A DNA stretch of 64,000 nt, taken from an uncultured delta proteobacterium. GTDB taxonomy: Bacteria; Myxococcota_A; Polyangia; Haliangiales; Haliangiaceae. Numbering within the stretch: the stretch's first letter is position 1; each line of letters starts with the position of its first letter. Position numbers and translations under genes: made by a program. Where the stretch lies: NCBI GenBank assembly GCA_963848295.1, contig CAWKDB010000002.1, positions 1,280,001 through 1,344,000 of the forward strand. Reading direction: 5' to 3'. Below the pieces are notes generated by a model, which saw only the letters and a program-made list of their open reading frames with translations, was not told the DNA's origin and did no database searches. Positions 50,895 through 60,946 of the stretch are shown piece by piece.

Positions 50895-51515
50895 CTACGC
50901 GTCCCGCAGATCCGCGACCGCGTTGATGTTACGCAGCGCTCGCAGCTCCGGATCCACCGCGCGCACCGCCGCTTCATCGAGCCAAACGAGCCGCAAGCCG
51001 GCGTTGGTGAGCAGCTCGCTCGCGCGGAGCTGGCCCGACGCGACGCGCGCGCGGGCTATCTCGGCGACCCGCGTGTGGAGCACGCACAACAGCGGCTCCG
51101 GCCGGCCTCCGATGCGGAACGCGCAGCCATCGCCGTCCGCGCGCTCGAGCAAGAGGTCGACGATCGCGCCGGTCACGCGCGGCAGATCGCACGCGACGAC
51201 GATCACCCATGGTGTCCGCGCGGCGGTGAGCCCACTCGCGATGCCTGCGAGCGGGCCCTGATCGGCGACTTCGTCGCGTACCACGCGCAGGTTCGCGAAG
51301 TCGCCCTCGATTGCCGCCGCGATCACCGCGCTCGCCGCGCCGATCGAGACGAGGATCTCCGAGACGCGCGGTTCGAGCACCGCGCACTGGCGATCGAGGA
51401 TTCGCTGGCCGCCGACGAGCAACGCGTGCTTCGGGGCACCGCCCATCCGCGTCGCCTTGCCGCCCGCGAGGATGAGCGCCGTGACGAGCGGGGCTCGCAC
51501 CCGAGCGTCAGGCAT
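50895..51515 (-). CDS. mobA: Molybdenum cofactor guanylyltransferase
   Basis: ILAGGKATRMG..K, GPLAGI, VACDLP, EPL, NIN. Confidence 0.88.
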   Translation of the reverse strand: MPDARVRAPLVTALILAGGKATRMGGAPKHALLVGGQRILDRQCAVLEPRVSEILVSIGAASAVIAAAIEGDFANLRVVRDEVADQGPLAGIASGLTAARTPWVIVVACDLPRVTGAIVDLLLERADGDGCAFRIGGRPEPLLCVLHTRVAEIARARVASGQLRASELLTNAGLRLVWLDEAAVRAVDPELRALRNINAVADLRDA

Positions 51516-51562
51516 CGGCGAATGGCGATGCGATTTGATCGACGGCGTCGCGGTCCATCGAG

Positions 51563-53014
51563 CTACTTCAGCAGCGCTTCGATTTCTTGCTGCGGCGGCG
51601 TGGTCACTTCGGGTCCGGTCGGCGACAGATACACCGACACCTCGGTCCGCACTCCGAACTGGCCGGGGAAGTACACGCCCGGCCCGACGGTGAAGCCGGT
51701 ACCCGGGGTCAGGATCCGGGTGTCTCTGACCTCGAAGTCGTCGAGATCGGCGCCGCCACCCTGCAGGTCGCTGTCGATCGAGTGCCCGGTGCGATGCATG
51801 ACCTGATCGCCGTCGCCCGCTTTCTTGATGAACGAACGCGCTGCCTGATCGACCTCGGCCCCGGTGACCGGCCGTTGCTTGCGATTGCGATCGGTGATGA
51901 GCACGAGCGCTTGATCGCGCGCGAGCGCGACGGTCACGAACGCCTTCGCGAATCTGTCCGCGACCGTCGAGTCCGCGACCGCGCACCACGTCTGCGCCGC
52001 GAAGATGCCCTCCGGCTTGTCGACCTTCGCCGCGATCGATAGCACGAGCAGATCGCCGCGGTGGATCGTCGCGGTCTTCGCCGCGGTCGGCACGTAATAC
52101 GGATCGGCGGTGTCTACGCCCGCAGCGACGACCGGCGGTGGCCCGACCAGTCCACGCATCAGCAAGCCGTGCACGATCATCTGCTGCACGTCGTACTCGG
52201 TGACCGGCTCGTTCGCCTGGAGCTTCTTGGTCACGAACGCGAGCGCTTCCTTGCGCAACTCGACGATGTGGTGGACCGCGACGTAGTGCAGCGTATGACC
52301 GGCGTCGCCCCAGATCGCCTTGGTGTACTGCACGAGCGTCTCGGACGACCGCACGTTGACGCCGGCGGCGCGGATCACCTCGAGCGTGCCGGCATCGACC
52401 CGCGAGACGTTCGGGACCGCCGCCTTCGGCGAGTACTCCGCTGCGATCGTCTTGACGCCCTTGAGCAACATGCGCAGCTGCTTGTCGAGATCGCGGTAGC
52501 CCTTGTAGGTGAGCTTCTTGCCGGGAAGATGCTCGAAGCTGCTCTGCTCCGAGGTGTGGACGAGGGCGATCGGCTCGCCTTTGGCCGGGATCATGTAGAA
52601 CCACGGGCGCGTCGGATGACCATCGGGCGCGACGAGCCGGACCGCGATCGGGTTCTGACCGTCGCGATCGAACAGCAGCCAGCCGTCGAGGTGCTGGACG
52701 GCGAGTAGGCCCTGGACGGCGGTCAGGTCGGTGATCCCGACGCGCGCAGGCACCCTCGACGCATCGGTCGTGCGCGGTGGGGCCGGCGCCGGAGCGGCGT
52801 AGGGATCGATCGGCGCGGTCGGAGCGGCCTTATCCTTGGACGCCTGCTTCGGCGCAGCCGCGGGCGCGGGTTTCGGCGCAGCCTTCGGTGCAGGTTTCGG
52901 GGCTGCTTTCGCCGGCGCGTACGGGTCGACTGGACCGCTGGCCGGCGCAGGCTGCGCGCCAGCCAACGCGGTGGCTGCCACCAACCCGGCGAACGCGATC
53001 GCGACGAGCTTCAC
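51563..53014 (-). CDS. Secreted M24-family (aminopeptidase P-fold) protein with degenerate metal site
   Basis: Signal peptide, Pro/Ala linker, HRTGHSI, PGVY..FGVRTE. Confidence 0.78.
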   Translation of the reverse strand: MKLVAIAFAGLVAATALAGAQPAPASGPVDPYAPAKAAPKPAPKAAPKPAPAAAPKQASKDKAAPTAPIDPYAAPAPAPPRTTDASRVPARVGITDLTAVQGLLAVQHLDGWLLFDRDGQNPIAVRLVAPDGHPTRPWFYMIPAKGEPIALVHTSEQSSFEHLPGKKLTYKGYRDLDKQLRMLLKGVKTIAAEYSPKAAVPNVSRVDAGTLEVIRAAGVNVRSSETLVQYTKAIWGDAGHTLHYVAVHHIVELRKEALAFVTKKLQANEPVTEYDVQQMIVHGLLMRGLVGPPPVVAAGVDTADPYYVPTAAKTATIHRGDLLVLSIAAKVDKPEGIFAAQTWCAVADSTVADRFAKAFVTVALARDQALVLITDRNRKQRPVTGAEVDQAARSFIKKAGDGDQVMHRTGHSIDSDLQGGGADLDDFEVRDTRILTPGTGFTVGPGVYFPGQFGVRTEVSVYLSPTGPEVTTPPQQEIEALLK

Positions 53015-53108
53015 CGCTCGATCTGTAGCACCGTTTGTGGTCCCTCGCCGGCGAAGATCGGAGATTGCCGCCCCGGGAATGCCGACCGGATCACGCCCGA
53101 GCTGACAG

Positions 53109-54992
53109 CTAGATATCGAGCCGCATCGCGACCAGCCCGAGGCTCTCCGCCGAGAACGTATCGCTGGCCGCGACCTGCTTGCCGACGGTCGACCGATCGA
53201 CGATGCGGAACCCGAACTTGACCGCGAAGAAGTCGCTCGCCGCTTCGGTCATGAGGTAGATCCGCCGCACGCCGCGCCACCTCGCTTGGCCGACCACGGT
53301 GTCGGCGAGCATCCAACCGTAACCGGAGCCACGAAATTCGGGATCGACCGCGAGCGCGCGCAGGATCGCGTCGTCGCCGTAGACCTCGAGCGCGACGCAG
53401 CCGACCACACCTTTTTCGTTGCGCAACACGAAGAACGAGGGGAACTCGTCATCGTCGGCGGACTCGGCGCTCAGGTCGGCTTCCGCGAGTACGTGGCGAA
53501 CGTCGGCCATGTCAGCGCGCTGCGCGGGTCGCATCGCATCGCCGATCGCGTCGAGCAGCTTGTCGTGCAAGCCGTCGAAGCTGCCGGACGACAGGACGAC
53601 GACGACATCGCCCGGCGCGGCGCTCTCGGCGAGGTGCTTGACGATCGCGGCGGTGTCGGGGACGTAGCTGGCCTGCGTGCCGGCGCGATGCAGATCGAGC
53701 GCGAGCTTCTCGGGGTCGAAGCGATCTTCGGGCGCGATCTTCGCCGGATCGAACATCTTGCCGACGACGACCTCGTCGGCCTGAGCGAACGCGGTCGCGA
53801 ACTCGTCCTGGAACGTCTTGCGGCGACTCGTCGCGGACCGCGGTTCGTAGATCGCGACGAGCCGGCGCTTCGGGAACCGCTGGCGCAGGGCCTTGAGCGT
53901 CTCGCGCACCGCGGTCGGGTGATGCGCGTAATCGTCGAGCACGATGACCCCGCCGGCGATGCCGCGCAGCTCTTGCCGCCGCCGCACCCCGGCGAAGCTC
54001 GACATCCCGCGTTGGATGTCGCGCGCCGATACGCCGCACGAATGGGCGACCGCGATCGCCGCGACGCAATTGCCAACGTTGTGGCGGCCGACGAGCAGCG
54101 ACTCGAAGTGCTCGAACTTCGGCGCGACGCCGGGCGAGGTCCCGCTCTCGACCCCCGGCGTGTAGAACACGTCGAAGCCGACGCGCCCCGACTTGCCGAC
54201 CACGAGGTTCTCCGCCCACCAGGTGACGCCCGGCGGTGGCGATGCATCGGCGTCCGCGCCGTCGAGCACGCAGTACTGCTCGACCTTGCCGGCGCACGCC
54301 GCGCTGAGCGCGACCGCGTCGGCCGAGTCGGCGAACACCACGAGCAAGCCGTCGCTCGGGATCTGCGCGACCAGCTTCTTGAACACGTCGCGCACCGCAT
54401 CGAACGACGGGAAGATGTCGACGTGATCGAGCTCGATGCTCGTCAAGATCGCGGTGTGCGGTTTGTAGTGCGCGAACTTCGGACCCTTGTCGAAGAACGC
54501 CGTGTCATATTCGTCGCCTTCGATCACGAACTCGCGACCGTGACCGAGGCGATAGCCCTGGCCGAGCGCGACCGGCACGCCGCCGACGAACAGCGACGGA
54601 TCGCGTCCGGCTTCGAGCAGGATATGCGCGAGCAGCGACGTCGTGGTCGTCTTGCCGTGCGTGCCCGCGACGACGATCGACGTGCGGTCGCCGAGCAGCT
54701 TTTCGCCGATCACCGCTGGAAACGAGGTCAACGGGATGCCGCGGGCCTGCGCCGCGACCACCTCGACATGATCCTTGCCGTGGACATTGCCGACGACGAC
54801 GAGCTCTGGCGCCCAATCGAGGTTGTGCTCGCCGTAGGGCATCATCACCGGCACGCCGAGCGCGGCGAGTTGCTCGCTCATCGGCGGATAGATCGCGGCG
54901 TCGGAGCCCCGCACCTCGTGACCGGCGGCGACGAGGAGGCCCGCTACAGCACCCATACCGGTGCCGCCGATGCCGATGAGGTGGACCTTCAC
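53109..54992 (-). CDS. mpl: Murein peptide ligase Mpl fused to a C-terminal GNAT domain
   Basis: IGIGGTGM, YPPMS, GTHGKTTT, EGDEYDTAFFDK, DDYAHHPTA, EPRS; then LRALAVDPEFRGSGYG, IYLMT, FF..FGF. Confidence 0.85.
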   Translation of the reverse strand: MKVHLIGIGGTGMGAVAGLLVAAGHEVRGSDAAIYPPMSEQLAALGVPVMMPYGEHNLDWAPELVVVGNVHGKDHVEVVAAQARGIPLTSFPAVIGEKLLGDRTSIVVAGTHGKTTTTSLLAHILLEAGRDPSLFVGGVPVALGQGYRLGHGREFVIEGDEYDTAFFDKGPKFAHYKPHTAILTSIELDHVDIFPSFDAVRDVFKKLVAQIPSDGLLVVFADSADAVALSAACAGKVEQYCVLDGADADASPPPGVTWWAENLVVGKSGRVGFDVFYTPGVESGTSPGVAPKFEHFESLLVGRHNVGNCVAAIAVAHSCGVSARDIQRGMSSFAGVRRRQELRGIAGGVIVLDDYAHHPTAVRETLKALRQRFPKRRLVAIYEPRSATSRRKTFQDEFATAFAQADEVVVGKMFDPAKIAPEDRFDPEKLALDLHRAGTQASYVPDTAAIVKHLAESAAPGDVVVVLSSGSFDGLHDKLLDAIGDAMRPAQRADMADVRHVLAEADLSAESADDDEFPSFFVLRNEKGVVGCVALEVYGDDAILRALAVDPEFRGSGYGWMLADTVVGQARWRGVRRIYLMTEAASDFFAVKFGFRIVDRSTVGKQVAASDTFSAESLGLVAMRLDI

Positions 54993-55067
54993 GACCGCGG
55001 CGCAACCTACCCGCGGGTCTTCCCCGGGTAAAGCGCTGTCACCCCGATTCGGCTATGCTCGATCTGC

Positions 55068-55427
55068 GTGAACGAACGGCCTCGTCATGAGCGACGGCAC
55101 TACTTCCGCGGCAACTTGCGCCCGGGCCGCGTGCTCGCCGTTCGGTTCCGCATGGGCAGCGAAGCCGCGTGGGTCACCGCCGAGACGCGCAACATCGGCG
55201 TCGGTGGCGCGTACATCGCGACGTCGCAAGCGCAAGCCGTCGGCACGCCGGTGATCGTCGAGCTCGCGCTGCCGACGTCGTCGCAGGTGTTCGCGCTGCC
55301 CGCGATCGTGCGGTGGGCGAGTCACGGCGAAGGCGGTGGCATGGGCGTGCAGTTCGTCGGCGTCGACGTCGACGTGCTGCTCGAGCTCAACGACTATTTC
55401 TCGTCGCTGACCGCGGTCCGGCCCTAG
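55068..55427 (+). CDS. PilZ domain protein
   Basis: ERRHYFR (RxxxR), NIGVGG, VRW, GMGVQF. Confidence 0.8.
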   Translation: MNERPRHERRHYFRGNLRPGRVLAVRFRMGSEAAWVTAETRNIGVGGAYIATSQAQAVGTPVIVELALPTSSQVFALPAIVRWASHGEGGGMGVQFVGVDVDVLLELNDYFSSLTAVRP

Positions 55428-55430
55428 GGA

Positions 55431-56387
55431 CTACCGCAGCACGATCGGATAGTTCACGGTCTGCTGCGTCTGCGCCGTGCGCGGGAACTTGAGCGAGCTC
55501 ACCGCTTTCTCGAGGCACTCGCCGGTCGGTGTTCCCGCGAAGTCACCGGTCTGGTGAACCTCGACGACGTCGCCGTTGCCGTTGACCGTCAACTTCAGCC
55601 GCGCGGTGCCCGCGACGTGAAAGTGGTCGAAGCAAATGTGCGAGACGCTGACGCCGGGCTTCATCGCCTCGCGGATCGCGTCGGTCGAGAGCTCGTCCGG
55701 CACGTGCTCTTCGGGCGGCGGCGGCTCGGCGTGCTTGCTACACGTGGCCTTGTCGGCCGGCGCGGGCCCGGACCGCGGGCTCGAGATCACGATCGCGCCG
55801 TCGCACGGCTGGAACACGCGGTACCCGACGATGTCGAGCATCACGCCTTGCTTGCCGTCGGCTTGCCATACGGGATGGGCGGGGATGCGGACGACCAGCT
55901 CGACCTTGACCCGTGCGACCGCTGCGGCCCAGGCCCTCGCGCCGGCCTCGTCGGCGAAGCCGCGGGCGTTGTCGTAGAGCGCGGCGATGACCGGGCCATC
56001 GCCCCGAGGCGGCGCGCCCGAGCCCGTGACGAGCCAGGTCCGGCCGTCGACCGCGATCCCCGCGCAGCGAATGCACGCGCGCAACGCGACCGCGACCGCC
56101 TTCTTGCCCCGATCGTATTTGCCGACCGAGAACGCGTCGGCATCGCCGTCGATCACGAGCAACTTGCCGGCGAGCTCCGCGGCGCGCGCGTCGCGAACGC
56201 GCCGACACTGGCGCTTTGCCGTGTCGTCGCCCTTGTCGCAGCTCGTGGTCAGCGCCCACACGACGCCATCGAGGTGAGTGATCCGCTGTGCGGTCGCGGC
56301 GAGGGCCGCGAACGCGTCGGCGCCATCGTCGGCGCGAGTCGGCGCGGCGAGCGCGAGCACGATCGCGACTGCGAGCGCCGGCTTCAT
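55431..56387 (-). CDS. Secreted protein with TonB-C/AgmX-PglI-like C-terminal domain
   Basis: Signal peptide ending TRA-D; C-terminal C...C..KFP..VNYP pattern. Confidence 0.65.
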   Translation of the reverse strand: MKPALAVAIVLALAAPTRADDGADAFAALAATAQRITHLDGVVWALTTSCDKGDDTAKRQCRRVRDARAAELAGKLLVIDGDADAFSVGKYDRGKKAVAVALRACIRCAGIAVDGRTWLVTGSGAPPRGDGPVIAALYDNARGFADEAGARAWAAAVARVKVELVVRIPAHPVWQADGKQGVMLDIVGYRVFQPCDGAIVISSPRSGPAPADKATCSKHAEPPPPEEHVPDELSTDAIREAMKPGVSVSHICFDHFHVAGTARLKLTVNGNGDVVEVHQTGDFAGTPTGECLEKAVSSLKFPRTAQTQQTVNYPIVLR

Positions 56388-56922
56388 CCCTTGAGCTTGT
56401 GCGTCAGGTAGGCCTTGAGTCGCAGCTCGGCATCGACCGGATCGCTGATCACGATCGGCACGGTCTTCTTGATCTCGTCGTCGAGCTCGCCATACAGCGC
56501 CTTGCGCAGCGCCGGATCGTCGGCGGCTGCTGCGGCGTGCGACCGCGCACGGCGACATCCTCGAGCTTGGCGCAGTACGCCTTCAGCTTGTCGTAGGTCG
56601 GTCCGCCGAGGAACGCCGAGATCTTGTCGGCTTCGTTCGCCATGCGATCGAGCGCGACCTCGGCTGCGGTCGGCAATGCGCCACGGTCGAGGTTCTGCGC
56701 GAGCTGCGAGCAGACGCGCAGCACCATGACGTCGTCGATCACGCCGATGCCTTCGTTCCAATCGGGAATCAGATCCATCTTGGACACGAGATACGACAAC
56801 GAGCCGCCTGCCAGCTTGCGCGCTTGGGCGTCCGCCTTGGTCGATTCGAGTAGCGCTTTGAGCGCGTCGACGTCTTGGCGAATCGTCTCGGCCCAACTCT
56901 TGAAGACGTCGATGTGTGCCAT
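56384..56922 (-). CDS. YkvA/DUF1232 family protein (indel at ~56525)
   Basis: YLVSKMDLIPDW..IGVIDD. Confidence 0.75.
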
Positions 56923-56991
56923 TGCACGGACGGTACCCGCGGGGCGCTCGGCGGCGCAAGGCGATCAGAGGTTGTGTACGATAGCCCGAGC

Positions 56992-57291
56992 ATGAGGACC
57001 CTCATCTGGCTCGTTGCCTCGCCCTGGCTGTTCGCCCTCGCCGGCTGTGACGGCAGCACTCCCCCCGCGGCGGACGCCGACCATCACTGCACCGGGGTCA
57101 TTTACGACCACTGCATCACCGAGCACGACTGCATGAACATGGAGTGCATGCCGTACGAGGCGTTCTCGGCGTGCACCCAGCAATGCACGGTCGGCGACGA
57201 CACGACGTGCCCGCTGCAGGGCACGACCGCCGTGACGTGCGGCGCGAGCGGCTTCTGCGCCCCGGCGGCGCCGAACGACTGCACCCTGTAA
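56992..57291 (+). CDS. Small cysteine-rich lipoprotein
   Basis: LAGC lipobox followed by a Cys-rich domain. Confidence 0.75.
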   Translation: MRTLIWLVASPWLFALAGCDGSTPPAADADHHCTGVIYDHCITEHDCMNMECMPYEAFSACTQQCTVGDDTTCPLQGTTAVTCGASGFCAPAAPNDCTL

Positions 57292-57295
57292 GCGG

Positions 57296-59086
57296 CTACC
57301 TCATCAAGTTCTGGATCAGCTTGGTCGGCTGGTCCGCGATGACCTGGACCCGGACGGTCTTCTTGATGCCGGCGGCGGCGTTGATCAGCGTGATCCGGTG
57401 CGCACCCGAGGCGAGGGGGATCGAGCGCTGCGGGGTCTGAAGGCCGGTGTCCCTGCCGTCGATGACGATCGAGCACGGCGGCTTGGTGGACACCATCAAG
57501 ACGCCGTTGCCGGCGGCGGCGACGCGAGTAGCAGCCGCTCTGTGCTCGGCCTTCGGGGCCGACGCGACGCGAGCCTCGTGACGCACCGCGGGAGCCGGAG
57601 CCATCGCGACGCGAGCCGTGTGATGCGCGGGCGCCGGAGCGACCGCGACGTGCGCCGGCGTGGTCGACACCTCGTGCTTGTCGAGAGCGACTTCGATCCG
57701 GGTCGCCTTCGTCGGGTCGACGTGTGCCATCTGCGTGGGATGGCCCTCGAGCGTGAAGATCACGTCGTAGGAGCGGCTCGAATCGAGCGCCGCGGCGACC
57801 GGGGTCGTGCCGAGGAACGACGTCTTGCCGTTATCGACGAGCATGACCGTGGCACCGGGCGGCTTCGAGTCGAGCCGAATGTCGGCGAGCTTGGTTCCAG
57901 GCTCGCCGGCCGGCGTTGGCTGTGCGGCGACCGGCGTTGGCTGCGCGGCGACCGGCTGCGCGGCGACCGGCGGCGCGGCCTTTGGCTGAACCGCGGCCGG
58001 CTGCGCGGCGACCGCCTCGGGCGGTGCGGCCACGGGCTGCTGCGTGGCGACCGCCGGCTGCACGACCGCTGGGGTCGGAGCGGGAGCGGGCTCGTCGACC
58101 TTCGCGACCGCGGCGGTCGCGGCCGGCTGCTTGTTGCCACCATCCCCTCTGAAGGCGAAGTAGCCGGCGACCGAGATCCCTGCGAGCGCCACGATCGCCG
58201 CGGGCGCGATCAGCTTCTTGAGCGTCTTGGCGCTGTCGTGGTGACGATGGACCGCCAACGTGCCGGCGCCCCACGTCTCGTCGACCTTTTCGACCATGCG
58301 GCTAGGCTCGAACCACGCATCCGCCGAGATGCTGTCGCCGGGCGCGTCGACCTGGGGACGCTGGGCGGGGATGATCGGCGCCGACGGGCGAAGAAACGGC
58401 GGCGGCTGCGGCATCATCTGCTGCGGCGGCATCGGCGGCGGTGGCATCGGCACGATCTGATGTTGCTGCGGTGGCTGCGGCATCAGTTGCTGCGCCGGCA
58501 TCGCGATCGATTGCAGGGGCAGCGGCAGCGGATGGGGTAGCGGCTGGGTCACCGAGATCGGCTGCGACGGCTGCGCGACCTGCTGAGCGAACGGCGGCGG
58601 CTCGACCGCCGGAGTCTGCGGGCGCGAATCGAAGGGCGCGGCGACCGGCATCGACGCCGGAGCATCGGTCCGGCTGACCGGCGGCGGGAGCGATGGCTTC
58701 GAGATCCGTTGCGGCGCCGGCGTCCCATTGGCGGCGCGCTGCGGTTGCGGCGGGGGCGGCATCCGCATCGTGTGGTTCGGCAGCGGCGGAATCGTCCCGC
58801 CTCGCGCCGCCGGCGCGGTCGCCATCCGAACGTGGGGCAGCGGAGGCGGAGAGGCCTGGGGCACCGGCGGCAGGTTCGTCTGAGTCCCGCTCGGCGCACG
58901 CGTGCGAGGCAGCGGAGGCACTTCGCCTCCAGCGCGCATCGCCGGCATCTGCGCGGACATCCGCGGCGCGCTCGGGCGCCCGGGCGGAGCCGAGAACAGG
59001 CCATCGGATGGATCTCTCGGCATCGGCTTCTGGTCACGCACGAGGCCGATCAATTCATTGACTGCAGTCGATTCGGTTTTCGCCAT
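57296..59086 (-). CDS. Pro-rich single-pass membrane protein with two PEGA-like domains
   Basis: Disordered Pro/Gln N-terminal half, TM helix, SKPPGATV..GTTP and STKP..IDG..TP modules. Confidence 0.75.
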   Translation of the reverse strand: MAKTESTAVNELIGLVRDQKPMPRDPSDGLFSAPPGRPSAPRMSAQMPAMRAGGEVPPLPRTRAPSGTQTNLPPVPQASPPPLPHVRMATAPAARGGTIPPLPNHTMRMPPPPQPQRAANGTPAPQRISKPSLPPPVSRTDAPASMPVAAPFDSRPQTPAVEPPPFAQQVAQPSQPISVTQPLPHPLPLPLQSIAMPAQQLMPQPPQQHQIVPMPPPPMPPQQMMPQPPPFLRPSAPIIPAQRPQVDAPGDSISADAWFEPSRMVEKVDETWGAGTLAVHRHHDSAKTLKKLIAPAAIVALAGISVAGYFAFRGDGGNKQPAATAAVAKVDEPAPAPTPAVVQPAVATQQPVAAPPEAVAAQPAAVQPKAAPPVAAQPVAAQPTPVAAQPTPAGEPGTKLADIRLDSKPPGATVMLVDNGKTSFLGTTPVAAALDSSRSYDVIFTLEGHPTQMAHVDPTKATRIEVALDKHEVSTTPAHVAVAPAPAHHTARVAMAPAPAVRHEARVASAPKAEHRAAATRVAAAGNGVLMVSTKPPCSIVIDGRDTGLQTPQRSIPLASGAHRITLINAAAGIKKTVRVQVIADQPTKLIQNLMR

Positions 59087-59359
59087 GGTTGAGCTCCGAA
59101 GCTGACGCGCAGGATTGCGTCCGGGCTGCGTGATGTAAAGCGAAAACCGTCGACGGCACACGCGTGTTCGATCGCGGCGTTGCGCGAATTACCAAACGAT
59201 CAGCGAGCGTGGTGATCTCGCGCGATCGATGCGCGAAAACGAGAGACGAACGCCGCACTCGTGACAGCGGAAGTGATGCCCGCGCCCCGGATCGCAGGGC
59301 GACAACGTGCCGGCGCCGGCCGGCGCCGGACGGGAGTGGACGCGTGGGGCAGATCGGGC

Positions 59360-59436
59360 AATTGATCAACCAAGAACAGGCAACAGGCAACGGGCAACGC
59401 CGGATCCGCCAATCGCCTGTTGCCTGTTGATCAATT
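59360..59436. repeat. Inverted repeat built from AACAGGC heptamers and TTGATCAA
   Basis: Left AATTGATCAAC-CAAG-(AACAGGC)2-AACGGGC; right GCCTGTTGCCTGTTGATCAATT. Confidence 0.75.
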
Positions 59437-59463
59437 TATCCAGGATAAGTCGTTGAAATTTCA

Positions 59464-59500
59464 TTGACACCGTAGTGACCATACATCTATGGTATGGTCA
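59464..59500 (+). promoter_or_regulatory. Sigma70-type promoter with overlapping operator
   Basis: TTGACA-N18-TATGGT, overlapped by the perfect inverted repeat TGACCATAC-N7-GTATGGTCA. Confidence 0.7.
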
Positions 59501-59503
59501 TCG

Positions 59504-60937
59504 ATGTCGTTTGGTGACCTGCGGAGGTTAGCCAACTGGTTCGCGGCCCAGCCGCGAGTCGCGGTCCCGATCGATCGGCTCGTCGAGAGGCTCGGTGGCA
59601 CCGCGGTGCCTTTGCTCGGACGCGAGCTATGCGGACGTGAACCGCGGCGACGCGCAGCCGCGCGCGATGCGCTCTGCAAGCTCGCCGGGAGTGGTGCGAG
59701 CGCGCTGCGTCCGCGGGTGATCGCGGAGCTGCGAGCGATCGTGCAGAGCAGCGGCGACGACGACGCCAAGCTCGCGGCGGCGTGCTTACTCGCCGAGCTC
59801 GGCGAACGCACCGCTGCTCGCTTGCGCGATCCCGATGCGATCAAGCGCCGCTCCGCCGCCGCGCTCGCGCTCGAGCTCGATAGCGCGGCTGACGTCGCCG
59901 CGGCAGCCGAGCTGATCGTCCGCCAACTCGGCCCGAACGAGATCGTGTGCATGCTCGAGGCGCTCGCGACCGCGAATCCGTCGGCGGCCGATCGGCTCGC
60001 GACCGAGCTCCGCGGCCGACTCGATCTCGCGATCGAGATCCGCGATCAGCTCGGCGAGCTGGTCGCGAGTAGACCATTCGATGGAACCGTCGACGGTGCG
60101 AGCGGCGTACGCGCCCCACGCCGGATCGGACGCACCGCGCAGGTCGCGGTCCTCGTCGACGCCGCCGCTCGGCTCGTCGTGATCGCCGCGCGCAAGGTGT
60201 CGGGCGAGCGGCGCTGGCGGCGCTGGGCCGTGCTGATCGGCGCGCACGGTCGGATCGAGGACTGCATCCACGACGATCACGCCGGCACCGACGGTGACAG
60301 CGCGCCGCTGATCGCGAGCCTGTGCGCCGATGGCTACCGCGTCGCGAGCACCGACGTGGATCACGCGCGCGGACTCGTGGCGGCGGCCGCGCGACAATCG
60401 AGCGAGATGCCGGACCAGCTGACGTCGTCGTACTATCTCGGCCGCGACCTGCTCGAGCTCGGCGACGCGCACGTCGGCCGCGCGCATCGCGTCCACCCCG
60501 CGATCGGTCGCGCGACGGAGCTGCTTGCCGACGGCGAACGCGCTCGCGCAGTCGACCTGCTGCGGCGCTGTGACCCGAGCTCGCCCGATGTCGCGGCCGC
60601 GCACGCCGCGTGTCTGCTCGCCGACCACCGCGCCGCCGAGGCCGTCCCGTTGCTCGAGCGCGCGCTCGACGTCGAGCCCCATTGGCCGTTGCATCACTGG
60701 AACCTCGCGACCGCGCTGCACGAGCTCGGCGATACCGCCGGCTGCCACCGCGCCCTCGCCCGGTTCGTCGCGACCAGCGCGACGCCGACCGGCTTGTACG
60801 GCGATCCCGACCAGCCCGCACGCGTCGCACTCGCCGAGCGGCTGCTCGCCGAGCTCGAGCGCACCGCGCGGCTCACCGGCCAGAAGCTCGCGCGTCCGCG
60901 CAACAAGCGGTCGCGCGACAAGCCGCGAGCGAGCTGA
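59504..60937 (+). CDS. HEAT/TPR-containing hypothetical protein
   Basis: Helical N-terminus; C-terminal TPR (AEAVPLLERALDVEP..HWNLATAL..LG). Confidence 0.7.
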   Translation: MSFGDLRRLANWFAAQPRVAVPIDRLVERLGGTAVPLLGRELCGREPRRRAAARDALCKLAGSGASALRPRVIAELRAIVQSSGDDDAKLAAACLLAELGERTAARLRDPDAIKRRSAAALALELDSAADVAAAAELIVRQLGPNEIVCMLEALATANPSAADRLATELRGRLDLAIEIRDQLGELVASRPFDGTVDGASGVRAPRRIGRTAQVAVLVDAAARLVVIAARKVSGERRWRRWAVLIGAHGRIEDCIHDDHAGTDGDSAPLIASLCADGYRVASTDVDHARGLVAAAARQSSEMPDQLTSSYYLGRDLLELGDAHVGRAHRVHPAIGRATELLADGERARAVDLLRRCDPSSPDVAAAHAACLLADHRAAEAVPLLERALDVEPHWPLHHWNLATALHELGDTAGCHRALARFVATSATPTGLYGDPDQPARVALAERLLAELERTARLTGQKLARPRNKRSRDKPRAS

Positions 60938-60946
60938 CCGTACTGG

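Noticed and set aside
59436..59448. DnaA-box-like sequence suggesting oriC
   Set aside because: Two or more mismatches to TTATCCACA, no box cluster, and no origin-associated genes.
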